A stretch of 64,000 nt of DNA, taken from contig JAMWBK010000008.1 in NCBI GenBank assembly GCA_029953675.1, forward strand, positions 1,488,001-1,552,000, given 5' to 3'. The position numbers were made by a program, and so were the translations under genes. Below the pieces are notes generated by a model that saw nothing but the letters and a program-made list of their open reading frames with translations, searched no databases and had not been told where the DNA came from. This DNA comes from Rhodosorus marinus CCMP1338. Lineage: Eukaryota > Plantae > Rhodophyta. This document shows positions 25,401 through 37,433 of the stretch, piece by piece. Numbering within the stretch: the stretch's first letter is position 1; every line of letters begins with the position of its first letter.

Positions 25401-26489
25401 GCGGGCGTACCGTGGGCCGATTAATCACCGGAGGCTAAAGGGAATCGCACCGGCATGAGGCCGGTGCTTAAGTTCCCAAGATGAACAGCTTGGGAGTCGC
25501 TTTGGACCGCGTTCCATGAACGGGTCTTGAGGATTAGCAAACCGATTAGGGGTTAACTCGTGGACATTTGCGACCGCAGAGCAATGGATAACATGGAGGA
25601 CAGGTCAAATTATAGCAGAAGTGCAAAATCACAGTAGGATGCACCTTGAATGTAGTTGACACTGCTATTTTCGGCGGCCCAGTGTAGAATTGAGATTGGG
25701 TTGTTTCAACAACTGCATTCCGGGACTACTTCAGCGTCTCATGAGTGCGATCCCAGCGCTCAAAGCAACGGAAGCTTGGAATAGTACAATCAACAGCTCC
25801 GACGATACTTGCCCCCCGTTTGACGTGGAGATCGAAAAACTTCCAGAACGACCTACTCTTCGCTATAGGAAAAACTGGCTTAGGGAATCATTCAGAGGAG
25901 AGATACACAGCTGCGCTACACCGGCCTGGCTCTCCGTAACCGAATTACATTCTACACCCAGCCCCTTCGGTCCAGCAGCGTCCAACAAAGCTGACACACA
26001 ATCATCGGACGTGCCCATGTTCTCAAGATCATGCCACATACAACCTTGAGCTCGTTTACGGTGCGAGAGGACCGCACGGGTTGTCCAGACTATGAAGGCC
26101 GGGTAGGCACTAGAAACCAGGTGGAACGTAGAAGAAAAGAAATCGCTTGAAGGCAAGTTCAACCACGAAGTCACTACGGAGGTTCACAATACAATGGGTT
26201 CCCATCCTATCCGGACCTGCTTCCCCCAATACCCCACCGGAAGACTCTGCTTTTCTTCACTTACAGCGAAATATTAAAAACACGAGATAAAAAAGTCATA
26301 TACAATTCTAATAATTACTACTAATAAACAATATATTATTATCTATTTATTGATAATTAAATCATATCTCCTGGAAAGACAAATCAAAATCGCTCTATAA
26401 AAAGAACGTCCGAAATATTTGCTTATAGCGTACTTGTTGAATTCATCCGGTTGGGGATAATGATTGATTAACATTTGAATTTATTTTCA

Positions 26490-26508
26490 ATATATATATA
26501 TATATATA
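26490..26508. repeat. (TA)n microsatellite; (CA)n tracts also at ~29213, ~35759 and ~57835, (CT)n at ~50779, (CCA)n at ~6250
   Basis: Read directly from the sequence. Confidence 0.9.
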
Positions 26509-27805
26509 TTCAGTCAATTTTATCGTGCGCCTTCGCCTCTGCTCTGGAAGGTTGCTGGCTCTCAAACACGCTCACCGCTTTCGATGGTGATCGGTTTGGG
26601 GGAAGTGAGGTTGGGACTGGCTCTGGTTAATGGTGGAAGGTGTGCTGACTTACAAGGTTGTGTTTTTTGTTGTTGTCTTCGCTAAGAGGCGGGATTGTAT
26701 GCGAAAGTGGCTAATGCCAGAAAGCAACCCACCCCGATCGCGGGAAGGACTTCTTCATGTTTACGGATCTGCAGGCCTCATCAGTCCGTCATCCCGATAT
26801 ACGGATGCATCCTGTTGAGGGGAAAGTTGCCGCCCAAAACAGCTAGCACGAGTTGTATGAAGTGAAGGAACCGCGACCGCCCGGAAAACTTCTCAAGAGA
26901 AAACGTCGAATACTGCCTTTTCCACGAAGCCATAATCCATTTCTCCCGAAATCTGCCCCTTTCAACGAAGAAACCCAGGCCAAAATTTCAGCATGCCAAA
27001 CATTTGCTTACCCTGCGAACTCGAATACATCTCTTCGACGCCATCCACTCTCCTCATAGTACACTTAATACAAACCCACCCCCACCCCACCCAACCAATC
27101 CTCCCTCCCCCTTCACGAATCCCCACCACCACCCCCCCCCCAAAGAGCCCATCCCCAACACACTGACAACAAAAAAATCTCCAAATCTCATAAAAAACAG
27201 AAGAAAACATAATTATCATATCCATTGGCGTCAAAAATAACCAAAAAACCATCCTCTGAGAACCAAAATATTTTCCAATACGAATTCCAAGATCCTCGAT
27301 TTCCTCACTTTTCAAGCACTTCCAAAGCTCTCTGTAAAAACTTTCAAAAAAAGGGTCTACAACTCATACCCAATATCTTTCAATGATTGGAATTCAACAG
27401 GTTCCGCTTTTTTTAGATTCGCCTAGTGCCAAATATTTATACGATCCTAAGGTCAACCCCCCCCTCACTTCCCTCCCTTCCCCCCCCCTCCCACCCCCCT
27501 AATTGAGTCCCCGATACTCATTTTGAAAATAAATAGTAAGCGGAAGGAGGATGAAATTCTTTTACAAACAGAACATCATTAGCATCTATCCAATTAACCC
27601 CCTATACCGTTTGAGCGACCAGTGACGAACCCCCCGTGCGCCTCCCTTCGGGGGGGGGGCAGCTGTTGGTACAAAGCATGGTGAGTGGTCGGTGAGCTGT
27701 TGAGAGAGGTTATGTATTGATTTAGGGATCATGATGGGGGGGAGGTGGGGGGGAGGAAGGTATGTGTGGGATTTTAGTGAGCGGGTTAGTGTAGAGGGGA
27801 AGTAG

Positions 27806-28798
27806 ATGTCTTCGTTGTTGGATTCTGTGAGGAGAATGGGACAGAGTTGTACGAAGGATCTTCCTGCGGTTCGGCCGAAGTCTTCGCCTGGGTTTGCTCG
27901 GCCGAAGTCGACTGGGTTTGCTCAGCCGAAGAAGGAGGAGAAGAAGTATGGTGACGAGGATGTGATGAAGAAGAAGAAGCTTGTGACTGAATATGGGAAG
28001 GGGATGAAGGCGATGATTGCTAGTATTGAGGGGTCGGAGAATCAGTGGACTCAGCTGAGGGATAAGACCGTGCAGTGCAAGCAGGGTGTCTCCCACGGAA
28101 GCGGGGAGGCACTTGTTGAACCAATGGATGCTCTGGAGCGTGGGTTGAATGAAACAAGCGTTTTGACTTATGAGAGTGAGCTTTTGATGCTAAAGGACTA
28201 TCTGGCGAGGTGCGAGAAAGTGATCAACGTGGAGGCCAAGCTGTACACCAAAGTCAGGCAGGAGTGGGATACGAAGAACACAAAGCTAAGAAGAAGCAGT
28301 GCGACCGGGGATAAATTGGACAAGCTGACGCTTTCCGTCGAACAGGCTCAGATGAAGTGGGATTTGCACAAGAACCAACTGGATGAGAACCTGACCCCGC
28401 TCGTTGATGATGGTCCTGTCTATCTTGAAGTTGGAGCTGTAGTGATGGCAAAGATTCAGCACGCAAACATGGTTCCCTACAAAGAGAATTCGGCTGCATT
28501 TGAAACCGTACTGGAGAAGGAACAAGAAGTGATCAAGGGCAAGTTGCGAGAGGCGGGTCTCGGGGATGTGTTCGGAGAGGCGATGAATGGCGCCGAAACT
28601 ACCTCGGCCAATCCACAGCCTGTTCCAGCAGCACCAGAACCGATAGCACCCGTAGTACCAGTCCCTACCACGTCGGCGGCGGCAGCTCCTGCTGAATTCC
28701 CTGACTACTCTCTGTCCGGGGATGCAAACAAACCTGGGGGAGGCACATGGGCGACTCCACCACCACCGAAAGGTGAAACATACCCAACCATTGCGTGA
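27806..28798 (+). CDS. BAR-like helical/coiled-coil protein with Pro-rich tail
   Basis: Single 330-aa ORF with long amphipathic helices. Y..VRQEWD....KL and QLDENLTPL resemble BAR helices 2-3. Tail ends PPPPKGETYPTIA. Confidence 0.7.
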   Translation: MSSLLDSVRRMGQSCTKDLPAVRPKSSPGFARPKSTGFAQPKKEEKKYGDEDVMKKKKLVTEYGKGMKAMIASIEGSENQWTQLRDKTVQCKQGVSHGSGEALVEPMDALERGLNETSVLTYESELLMLKDYLARCEKVINVEAKLYTKVRQEWDTKNTKLRRSSATGDKLDKLTLSVEQAQMKWDLHKNQLDENLTPLVDDGPVYLEVGAVVMAKIQHANMVPYKENSAAFETVLEKEQEVIKGKLREAGLGDVFGEAMNGAETTSANPQPVPAAPEPIAPVVPVPTTSAAAAPAEFPDYSLSGDANKPGGGTWATPPPPKGETYPTIA

Positions 28799-30338
28799 GG
28801 CAATGCTACTGAAAATGCCGCTTCCTTAGGGCCGTTTTTGTAAGACCGATCGTCGAGATTAAGCTCAATTAGTATACGAGATTTTTGTTTTTGGCCTTTC
28901 CCTAGCCTTTCGACTGGGAATAGGATTTGCTGTCGCCGTTTGGTAGGAACACGGGCGAGACCATTTTGTGACTAGCCAAACTATAGATTTGAACACGGGA
29001 AAGTGCGGACGTCCGGCTTTACCCGCAGGAAAGTAAAAAGCCTCTGCGGAGACAAACGAAAACCTGAACACATCAAAACTGAAGCAAACACAGCCGTGTA
29101 GCTACAGGACAATCGCCCAGCCAAAATTGCAAAGATGGTCTCGCACACCGAACCAATTCAGTTTGTTCCAAGTTAGTAACAAAGCCTTGAAAACGCCTGA
29201 CAAGCCGGCGGTGTGTGTGTGTGTATCCACTACTGTCGACGAAACAGTAACCTGCATACCAGTATATATAAAATTCTTGCTTCCATATGCACAACAATAC
29301 CCACCGCCGCCTTCCAACCTCAAAAGCCTTTCTCCCTTCCCCTCTCACCCCCCCCAACCTCCTCCGAAGCGATCAAGTCTATCCTAAGCTGACTCTTCGA
29401 CCAATCAAGTTTTCTCCAACGAACTGAAACCTTTGCAACCCCGAAATAGAACATACCCAAATTATCATTCATATTTATCATATATACTATAAAAAGTTTT
29501 CCAATTGATGTTTCTTTATAGTATATACATTGATATACATACGTTATAAATATTAGCTCGTTCAAAACCCCGCCCCCCGCCCCCCCCCCCACCCAGCGCC
29601 CGTTCCGTGCGTTGAATTCGAATAGATATCTTTCACAATTAAGCTATAAAAAAATTTAGTCAGCACAATATTTTCGAATAAAACTTTACCATTCTGCTTA
29701 CAGCGTCGATATCTTCATTTTTTAATTCAAACTTGACGTTTTTATTGGGTTAAGTTTGGCAGAAATTTCACGTCCCCTTTTTAATGATCAATTTCTCCCG
29801 AGATTCTAAGCTGGGATTAAAAAATCAACAAATTCTTTTTCTTCTCCTGTGTATGTAGTTGATTGTTAAATCGATGAGAATTTGAAATTATAGAATAAAA
29901 ATAGCGTATATACGATATATTCGTATCTCGAGGATCACTTTTCCGGTAGTCACCATTCGGGAGTGTACACATTTAATAAATTTTAGAAGAATAGAAAATT
30001 CTCCGTCTTTGGTTGGCTATAATAGTATAATAAACAATTTAAAATCTAAGATTCTTTATCGATTTTCATTGGATATTATATATTGAAATGTACAATATTT
30101 AGATATTTGGATTTTTTTATTGTTGTCATCTGGGTTTCCGAGCTATCGGAGGAAGGTCGGAGGCGGAGGGAGGGGTGCGGAAAGGGATGAGGAGGGTATG
30201 GGAGTAAATGCGAGGGTGGTAGAGGTTTCCGTCGTGGTCATTTGGAGAGAAGGGATTTTTGTTTGAGCGTTGTAGAGTATCTTAGAAGAGGATCTGTTGT
30301 TGGTTGTTGTTTTTTTGATTTTTTGAATTGGAAAAGGG

Positions 30339-31016
30339 ATGGCTTCGGAAGCGATTGAATGGGCGACTGGTGATGAGGTGGAGGAGGCGAGGACGACTCT
30401 GAGTGAAAAGAAGGACACACTCATAGAGGAGAAGACGCAACTGCAGGAGTCTATTAGGGAAGTGGTTGCGTTGAAGAAGAGCTGGGACGCGCAATGGAAG
30501 GAGATAAAGAGCTTCGATGATGCCGCGAGTAAAGCCATTGCGGAGCAGCGAACTTCTGTGTATGAGGAGGTTCTTCAGAGCTTTGCTACACTGAAGGAGG
30601 ATAAGGAGGATGCAGCTTCAAAGAAGGCCCTGATATCAATTGAAACCGTTAGTACCTATTTGAAGGAATGCGAAAAGAGCACCACGATTGCTTTCAACCT
30701 GCTCGATGAAACGTGGAGGGATTTCAACAAGAACGCCACGAAGATGAAGAACATCGAGAACGTTGCCGATGAAAAGAAGAAGATGGAAATGGAAATGTCC
30801 TACGGAATGCAAGCGCAAACTCTCCGGGAGGAAACGAGGCGACTGGACGAGAAGCTCACAAAGCTCATTGCTGCGGCACCCTTCGTTAACGAGATCTCAG
30901 CTCTATGCGCCGCACGAGTCATCGTCAGGAACACAAAGGCCATGAAAAATGGTACAGAAGCGATGGGAGAGATAGTCGCGCAGCACGGTGAGGAAGCTGC
31001 TGCCCTGGGTGTTTGA
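30339..31016 (+). CDS. Second BAR-like helical protein, distant paralogue of 27806-28798
   Basis: STYLKECEK vs KDYLARCEK; RDFNKNATKM vs QEWDTKNTKL; RLDEKLTKLIAAAP vs QLDENLTPLVDDGP. Confidence 0.7.
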   Translation: MASEAIEWATGDEVEEARTTLSEKKDTLIEEKTQLQESIREVVALKKSWDAQWKEIKSFDDAASKAIAEQRTSVYEEVLQSFATLKEDKEDAASKKALISIETVSTYLKECEKSTTIAFNLLDETWRDFNKNATKMKNIENVADEKKKMEMEMSYGMQAQTLREETRRLDEKLTKLIAAAPFVNEISALCAARVIVRNTKAMKNGTEAMGEIVAQHGEEAAALGV

Positions 31017-31831
31017 GGCAGTCCACATAAGCAGACGACAATTAAACTAGACACAAATTTTGAGGACTTAAAAAAGTCGAGATTCAGATCATGTCATTTC
31101 ACACTCTGCTAGACCTCGTTGCAAACCGAAAACAACTGTCATTTCCCCGGGACAATACGTACAATCTTTCCGTGACGACTCACATGGCTGATCCTTCGCT
31201 TCAGCTAGACACCCGACACCCGCCACCCGACACGCGTTTCAGGGTTCGTCGAGAGTTGGTCCTAGCCTATCAAGCACAGAGTGTGGGCTGCTTGGGCCTG
31301 TCATTAGATATTGGTAGGGCTATGAAGCTGCCCTTCGAAGCGATGGGTCCCAAATGGTCGCATTTTCCTCGTTTCTACGACACGCTCGTACTTTCGGACA
31401 AGAAGCCAACCGTGACTGAAAATGGAACCCTCAAAGACTTCTCCTCTGGAACAAGGTTAGAGGTGTCAAGATGGTTCGGACCTCTTTACTTACCGTTCGG
31501 CAAATATCAAGGAGCTAGCTTCTGGGTTTGTTCTTCAGAGCTTCAAAAGCCGTCCGTCATCCATAGCCTATGCGACCGTCTTCTCCGGTGCTCCAGGCCT
31601 TCATCACGACGGTAAAATTGGACTTTTCAACAAGACGTCGAGGGCCGGAATCGTAGAAAAACAAAAACTTCGAAGCCGAAAAAAGCACTGCCTGCTACTA
31701 AAGCCAGAAAAGACAGCAACCAGCAAAGACTCTTCCTCATCTGATCGCTCACCTCACTCGTACTCCATCATTTATCCGAATATTGAAAATGTGTACTATA
31801 AATTCCTAAACATTTCCACCTTTACCATGTA

Positions 31832-31904
31832 AGCTGCGTGGCCTAATGGATAAGGCGATGGACTTCTAATCCATAGATTGCGGGTTCGAGTCCCGTCGTG
31901 GCTG
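31832..31904 (+). tRNA. trnR-UCU: tRNA-Arg(UCU), intronless
   Basis: Cloverleaf: acceptor AGCTGCG/CGTGGCT+G, D arm GCCT/AGGC, anticodon stem ATGGA-CTTCTAA-TCCAT, T arm GCGGG-TTCGAGT-CCCGT. Followed by a TTTTT Pol III terminator. Confidence 0.95.
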
Positions 31905-32380
31905 TTTTTGATTCCGAACTCTTGTTCCTCGCGAGCGCGAGAAATGTGAAACAGTACGTCTCTTTGAAGATATGTTTTACATTTCTTTAGTGAACAGTCA
32001 AACTGCTTGTGTTAAACACAGGTTTTCCTTCCCAGTCACGTCTTGGCGGGCGGTGTTTGCGATTCGCTTCTTGTCTCCAAAACCACGAAGCTTGCTGATG
32101 CCGTGGTCGCTACCGGGTGTTGCTCAAAACACTTACGAAATCCGACCTATGGGGAGCGTGCTCTTCCACAGCCCTTTGTCGTCCAACGCCATGGCAAACT
32201 GGGCGTTCGAACGTTTTCGAAACGCTGCTAGGATACCGTGCATTACGCTCAGGTTGGCTGTACGAGAATGAAGTCGACAGATTGCTTCATCACCGAGACG
32301 CTGAGAACTGGGACAGTCCGACGTCTTCGACCATTTTCTTACTGCTACGGTCATTTGCGAGGTACTCTGAGCATTTCTTC

Positions 32381-33200
32381 TTAGCTCTCTTGGGCCTCCG
32401 AATGCTCGCGACAACGAGCTTTCCAGACTCTAATGAGACGCTTTCGACTGGGGATTCCCTCGTCCTCGTACTCAACGTCTGGTACTCTGTCGTTGTAAGT
32501 CTCCTGATGACTTGCCCAGTTGCAGCAGGGACAAGCAATCACAGCGATGCCAGCCTTCGCTGTAATGCTCTGGATAGCCGTCTCTATTGACACATGAGCA
32601 TGAAACAGGACTACAACTGCGACACCATCTACACCATGAGGAGAGTAGATTCACCGACGTAAGTGGATCCAATTTCACACCGCTGTGAAGTGTACAGCAG
32701 AATGGCCTACCGACTTCGACCTGAGTGTCTTCGATTCTAGATCGACGTGCTTTCAGTCTCGCAACATTACCATCTGACCACGGCACATCCTTAACCTTCA
32801 TCGCAGGGTCGATAGAAATACAGGTCCAAGAGGTTCTGAAAGCAAACAAAGCCGCTGTTCTAGGTGTAGATCCTGAGCAATGGGAAAGAGTTCAAGTTTC
32901 AGTGTTTGTTGGGCTGCTTCCGGAGTCCTTATGCGGCAGTAGTTCCAACCGTCACCGACGAATACTCCAGTAATGGATTTGTCGTCAGAGCGAAGTCGTA
33001 GAACATCTTCAGGATCGTCCGGGTTTGCTCTGAACATGTGAGCTCTAACCGCGGCGTATGTCGCCATTGATTCTGCAAGCTCCTTTCCATCGGGAAAGAC
33101 TCCAAGCTCCAGCAGCGTCGGGGCACATATCAGATCTGCCACAAACTCATCGACGTATCTAAGGTCACAGGCCGACCGACATTCAGAACGGTGAATCGCC
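32381..33200 (-). CDS. Uncharacterised SAM-methyltransferase-like protein, multi-exon; start uncertain
   Basis: Removing intron 32873-32949 gives LRYVDEFV..LLELGVFPDGKELAES...VGDGSTPRTAALFAFRTSWTCISIDP. The last exon has VIACPCC..., EYEDEGIPSRKRLIRVWK. Confidence 0.7.
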
Positions 33201-34578
33201 AGTAGGGGGGTCAGGTTGGGTCTTGATCACACCTCCATCCAACTTTCATTGGCATTTGGTCTCCATTGTCTGTTGGACGCTCGTGGAGTTTGAGCTGTCT
33301 TCTCTTCTCACGCAGTTCAATGACGCTCGGGTCGGTGTGCGAACTCTTCTCAAGGTCTCGACCTTGACGTTTTGCCAACGCTTGGCCATCAGCTAGGAGA
33401 TTGGTTGATCTAACTTTGGGTGAAGTGAATCCGTAAAGCGATCCTGAGGCGGCAAAAGTCGAAGCCAGCTTAGAGAACGCAACGAGATCCCTCGTTGTCT
33501 TCAGTGAGGAAGATGCTTACCGTGTTTCTTAATTTCAGCTAGCTCACGACAGCGCGGTGGATCATCTTCTTCAGCGTCGAGAAGACAGAAGCGAATCACC
33601 CGTCCGAGTGAGGCTCGAAAGCTTTCGAAGAGTTCCACGCCGTACTTGTTCTTTACAATTATTTGAGACTGCGAGGGTTTGTGTTCGGTCTCTAGCTTAG
33701 CATAATCTGCTGCGTAAGGTAGCCATGCTTTGAACAGGTCCTCAGCACTTGTGTATACGCCATTCTCTGATGGTCGAAATTCGTACTCCTACTTAAAACA
33801 ACGAGCACAGCAAGGTCAGCCCAGTTCTACTCTTATTCGTTAGGAAGCTTTCGGTGCGAGACCTACGACGATCATCTTGCGGATGCTCCGATGGAACAGG
33901 TGAGGAGGACAGTGGTCATCCTCTGAGATCGTTGTCATCAGTTCCGAGAAGCCGGGGAGGCTGTGTCAAACGAATTCTTCTCTGCGCTCCAGAGGATTTT
34001 TACGTCCTCAACTTATGCGTGGAATCGTGGGCTGGCCCCAATCGATTCCCCTCTTAACGCCTACTTATCGTCATCACAGAGGCCTTCGCTCTCTACCTCA
34101 CCAGAGATTCGGGTAACACAATATCATTGAAGATAAAACACTCTGGGCTGAGGTTGAGAATCCTAGGAGAGCAGAAGATGAACGTCGTCCTCATCGTCGT
34201 CGCAGGATTGCAATCATTACTAACCCGAATCGGTTGCTCTTCTTTAGGGGGGGAGCAAAGCTCGTCTGGAGCTTTGGGTCGTTGCCACATCGATGAGCTT
34301 TGACATTGATGACACCGGCCTATGGGAAACTCTTGCTGAGGAACCTTTTTGTGATCTTCAGTTGGCGATCGGAGCTTTCTGTTTCTGTTGGGAGCGATAA
34401 GGCCTGGAGTGTTTGGGTTTCTGTTCAACGGGATTCTTAACGAGTAGGACGATTGTCGGCAGATGTTAGGGGTCAGGCTGAGGTTATCTGCACTTTTTCT
34501 CGATTGCTTTCTACTGTTCATCTCAGGGTTATTGTTGATAGGGTAGGGGCGTGGAGTTAGTAGGTGTTTGAGCTTGTG

Positions 34579-35710
34579 TTAGTTGGCTCGCGAAGCTTTG
34601 GCCTTGAACAAGCATTTTGCGTCGATATGTCCAAAGCGACCGCACTTTTTGCATCGCAAGGCATCCTCTGTCCATCCCTGGAAAAGCAGCTCCTCGTAGA
34701 ACTCGCTGATCCTCTGTAGAGACCCGCAGAAGACGTCTTCGCATGCTTTCATGTTGTCCATAGATACCTTGGCATCCAGCATACTCTCAGTCTCGAGGAT
34801 TGGCTGTATCTTGGTCTCGCGAGCTAAGAAACTTCCGATCGCCCCGAAATTATCGTCCTGTCCAGAGCGGAGAAGAAACAAACACCAAATTCCCAATCGT
34901 CAGCGATCGATTGTGACTCTATCCGAGGATTCTGAAGATGCGGTCCTGTCCCACCATCTGCAATTTTCCTCTCTCAAGTGAGAGGTTCCATCCCTGGAAG
35001 CATGAGAGCAGCGTTGCCCAGACTCCAATACCAGCAGCTGTGGTGTCCGCATCCATTATCGTGATCTACACAAACGTGAAGTTGGAGTACGCTCATTGTG
35101 AGCGAAAACGGGTACGAGGCTCTCCTTGTTCACCTGGTGGGCAGGGTCTGGGAGATCAGGATCCTCATGGCTAAGTTTCGCTTACGCTGTCAATGTACTT
35201 CGCTACATCGGTTAGCTGCATAAGTCTGCTGGATTCGAGTGACGTATCTATTCCCATATCCTTCGCATACTTTGTCAGCCATCTGCTGTCCTCTTCAACG
35301 GCTTCTGCACAGGGAAGATCCATTCCAGACTTCTTAAGTCTAGCACAGGCCAGGACAAGCCTAGATGCAAGTAGATGGCGCTAAAGCGTAACGGGAATAG
35401 GGAAGAAATCTACGCGTGAGACTTGACCAACTTTAACTGTCACGAAAAACTCTGTGTCACAAAAAACTCTCACGAAAAAAAACTTATGCGCCAAACTCAC
35501 GAATCGTATCCACTCCTCAAGCTGTTCATCACTCACAGCCTGCTTCTGTACTTCATCGAAAAACCCGCTCATCGTCACCTGGGTCCAAGCGTCATGCCAC
35601 TTCAGAATCATCTGGTGTGTTGGTTTCGCCTCCTTCGGCTCCTTCGATTCCGGGCCATCAGCAGCTTTCCTCTTCCTAGAATTCTTCGAAACCTTTCCAT
35701 TTCCTTCCAT
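34579..35710 (-). CDS. Putative multi-exon nuclear protein with C-terminal CCHC zinc knuckle; exon joining uncertain
   Basis: N-terminal NLS-like SRKRKAAD (35381-35710); coding-like exon RHLLASRLVLACARLKKSGMD; CKKCGRFGHIDAKC (CX2CX4HX4C) at 34612-34653. Confidence 0.45.
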
Positions 35711-36072
35711 GTCCTCAAACCCCTACCAAAGCTTCCCAGGAAAATGCAGAAAATAAAACACACACACACACACACACATCCACACACAACCAGCCCAAAC
35801 AAGAACCAGAACAACAGTCCAAACGTTATCGAAAAATACTCTTCCACAACAGATAATGAGCAGCAGCAGCAGATCCAAAAATCAGTCCATCCAGGTCAAC
35901 AGACAACAGTCTACAGCCCAAGCCTTCAAATACTATGACATACCTCGTTGTCTCCCCATACCCAAAAGTGAGTCCAAAAGATCCCTCAATTCCCACCGCC
36001 TCAAAAAACTGGTTGAAGATTTCAACGGTTTTATGACCGTGCCACACCAGGAAGCCATATCGGTCAATTCCA

Positions 36073-36650
36073 GATTCTGATGCCCCCAATGCCCCTCTGG
36101 TATGCCATGTCGTCGATTCCAATCGGTTTGTGCAGATTCCGATGCCCCCTAGGGTATTTGCCATATCCGCGATTCCAATCGGTTTGTGACGATTCCGATG
36201 CCCCCTAGGGTATTTGCCATATCGGCGATTCCAATCGGTTTGTGAAGATTCCGATCCCCCTAGCGTATATATGTCATATTGTCGATACCAATATGTTTGT
36301 AGAGATTCTGATGCCCCCTAGCGTATATGCCATATTGTCGATTCCAACACGTTTGTAAAGATTCTGATGCCCCCAATGCCCCCTAGCGTATATGCCATAT
36401 CACCGATTCCAATATGTTTGTAGAGATTCTGATGCCTCCATGCCCCCAAGGTAAGCGATTCCAATCGGTTTGTAGAGATTCTTGTGCCCCCATTGCCTCC
36501 AGGGTAGCCATATCGGCGATTCCAATCGCCTTGGTGAGATTCTGATGTCCCATTTGCCCCCCGGGTAGGCCACATCCGTGATTCCAGTCGGTTTCTGGAT
36601 ATCTTGATGCCCCAAGTGTGCCTACATATGCCCCAAAATCGTTTGCTGGC
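36073..36650. repeat. ~56-bp minisatellite, about 10 diverged units
   Basis: GATTC(C/T)GATG unit starts at 36073, 36135, 36191, 36247, 36304, 36360, 36425, 36477, 36538 and ~36598. Most units contain the GATTCCAATC dyad or a close variant. Confidence 0.92.
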
Positions 36651-37177
36651 GTTGAACAAAAACTCGGCAGAGGTGGAGACTTCTCAAACTAGTGGCTTCG
36701 TCCGTAGGGTTGGGGAGGGTCAGGCAGCGATGGACTTGGCTAGCGAAATGACTTGAGCAGCGGCATATGGAAGTTGAAGAAAAAGGAATTTAGGACGCTC
36801 CGTCCTTAACAAAGGTGTCAACGTCTGTGTGGAGAAGTGGATGCTATATAGTGGCGGTTGAGCTAATGCAAGACCGCTCGTAAGGCGCCGAACTGTATAA
36901 TGACCTTCAGTTCAATAATTCATGTCTTTTTTATCGGGGCAATGAATTTTTCTTCATTGGACGAATGAGCCTTTATGTCTCGTTTTCGGTGTTTCCCAAA
37001 CCGCATAACTTTGGGAGCATTGTTTTTCATGAACGTACAAAACATATTTCAGAATGTGCAAGCCTCGATGCGATAGTGGCCCGAAATCAGCAAGACCCAT
37101 CGAAATTTTATTTATTTGTATCGCCGGTGGGCGTCTAATCCTGAAGGGGGCATGCCTCATGCCGGTTCGCGACCCAA

Positions 37178-37433
37178 TGTCACGTCCTGAAGAAACAAAC
37201 CATGGCACGACCGGAGGGCTAACATAGCACGACTGGAGGGCTAAACATAGCATGGACGGAGGTCTAAACTTGGCACAGCCGGAGAAAGATAGCCTATAAA
37301 TACGAAGTTACGACGTCCCAGTGTACACGGGGCTAGAGTGAGAGAGGAGGTATCCAAGATAAGAAAAACATATAAAAGCTGAGTTGAAAAAGGATTTTGG
37401 ATCAAAGACATATTATTAACGGGGAACGTGTCA
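37178..37433 (+). mobile_element. Full 5' LTR (256 bp) of Ty3/Gypsy element A
   Basis: TGTCACGTCC...GGAACGTGTCA imperfect inverted termini, ~22-bp U3 tandem repeats (37201-37283), TATAAATA at 37295, followed by putative PBS TGGTCTCATCG. Confidence 0.85.

Noticed and set aside
31832-31904. tRNA-Arg as pseudogene because of A1-U72 and two adjacent G-U acceptor pairs
   Set aside because: All arms, the A/B boxes and the terminator are intact, and such wobbles are tolerated.
36073-36650. CRISPR array
   Set aside because: The units are contiguous diverged copies with no unique spacers, there are no cas genes, and the context is eukaryotic. ORFs over the array are frame-rotating by-products.
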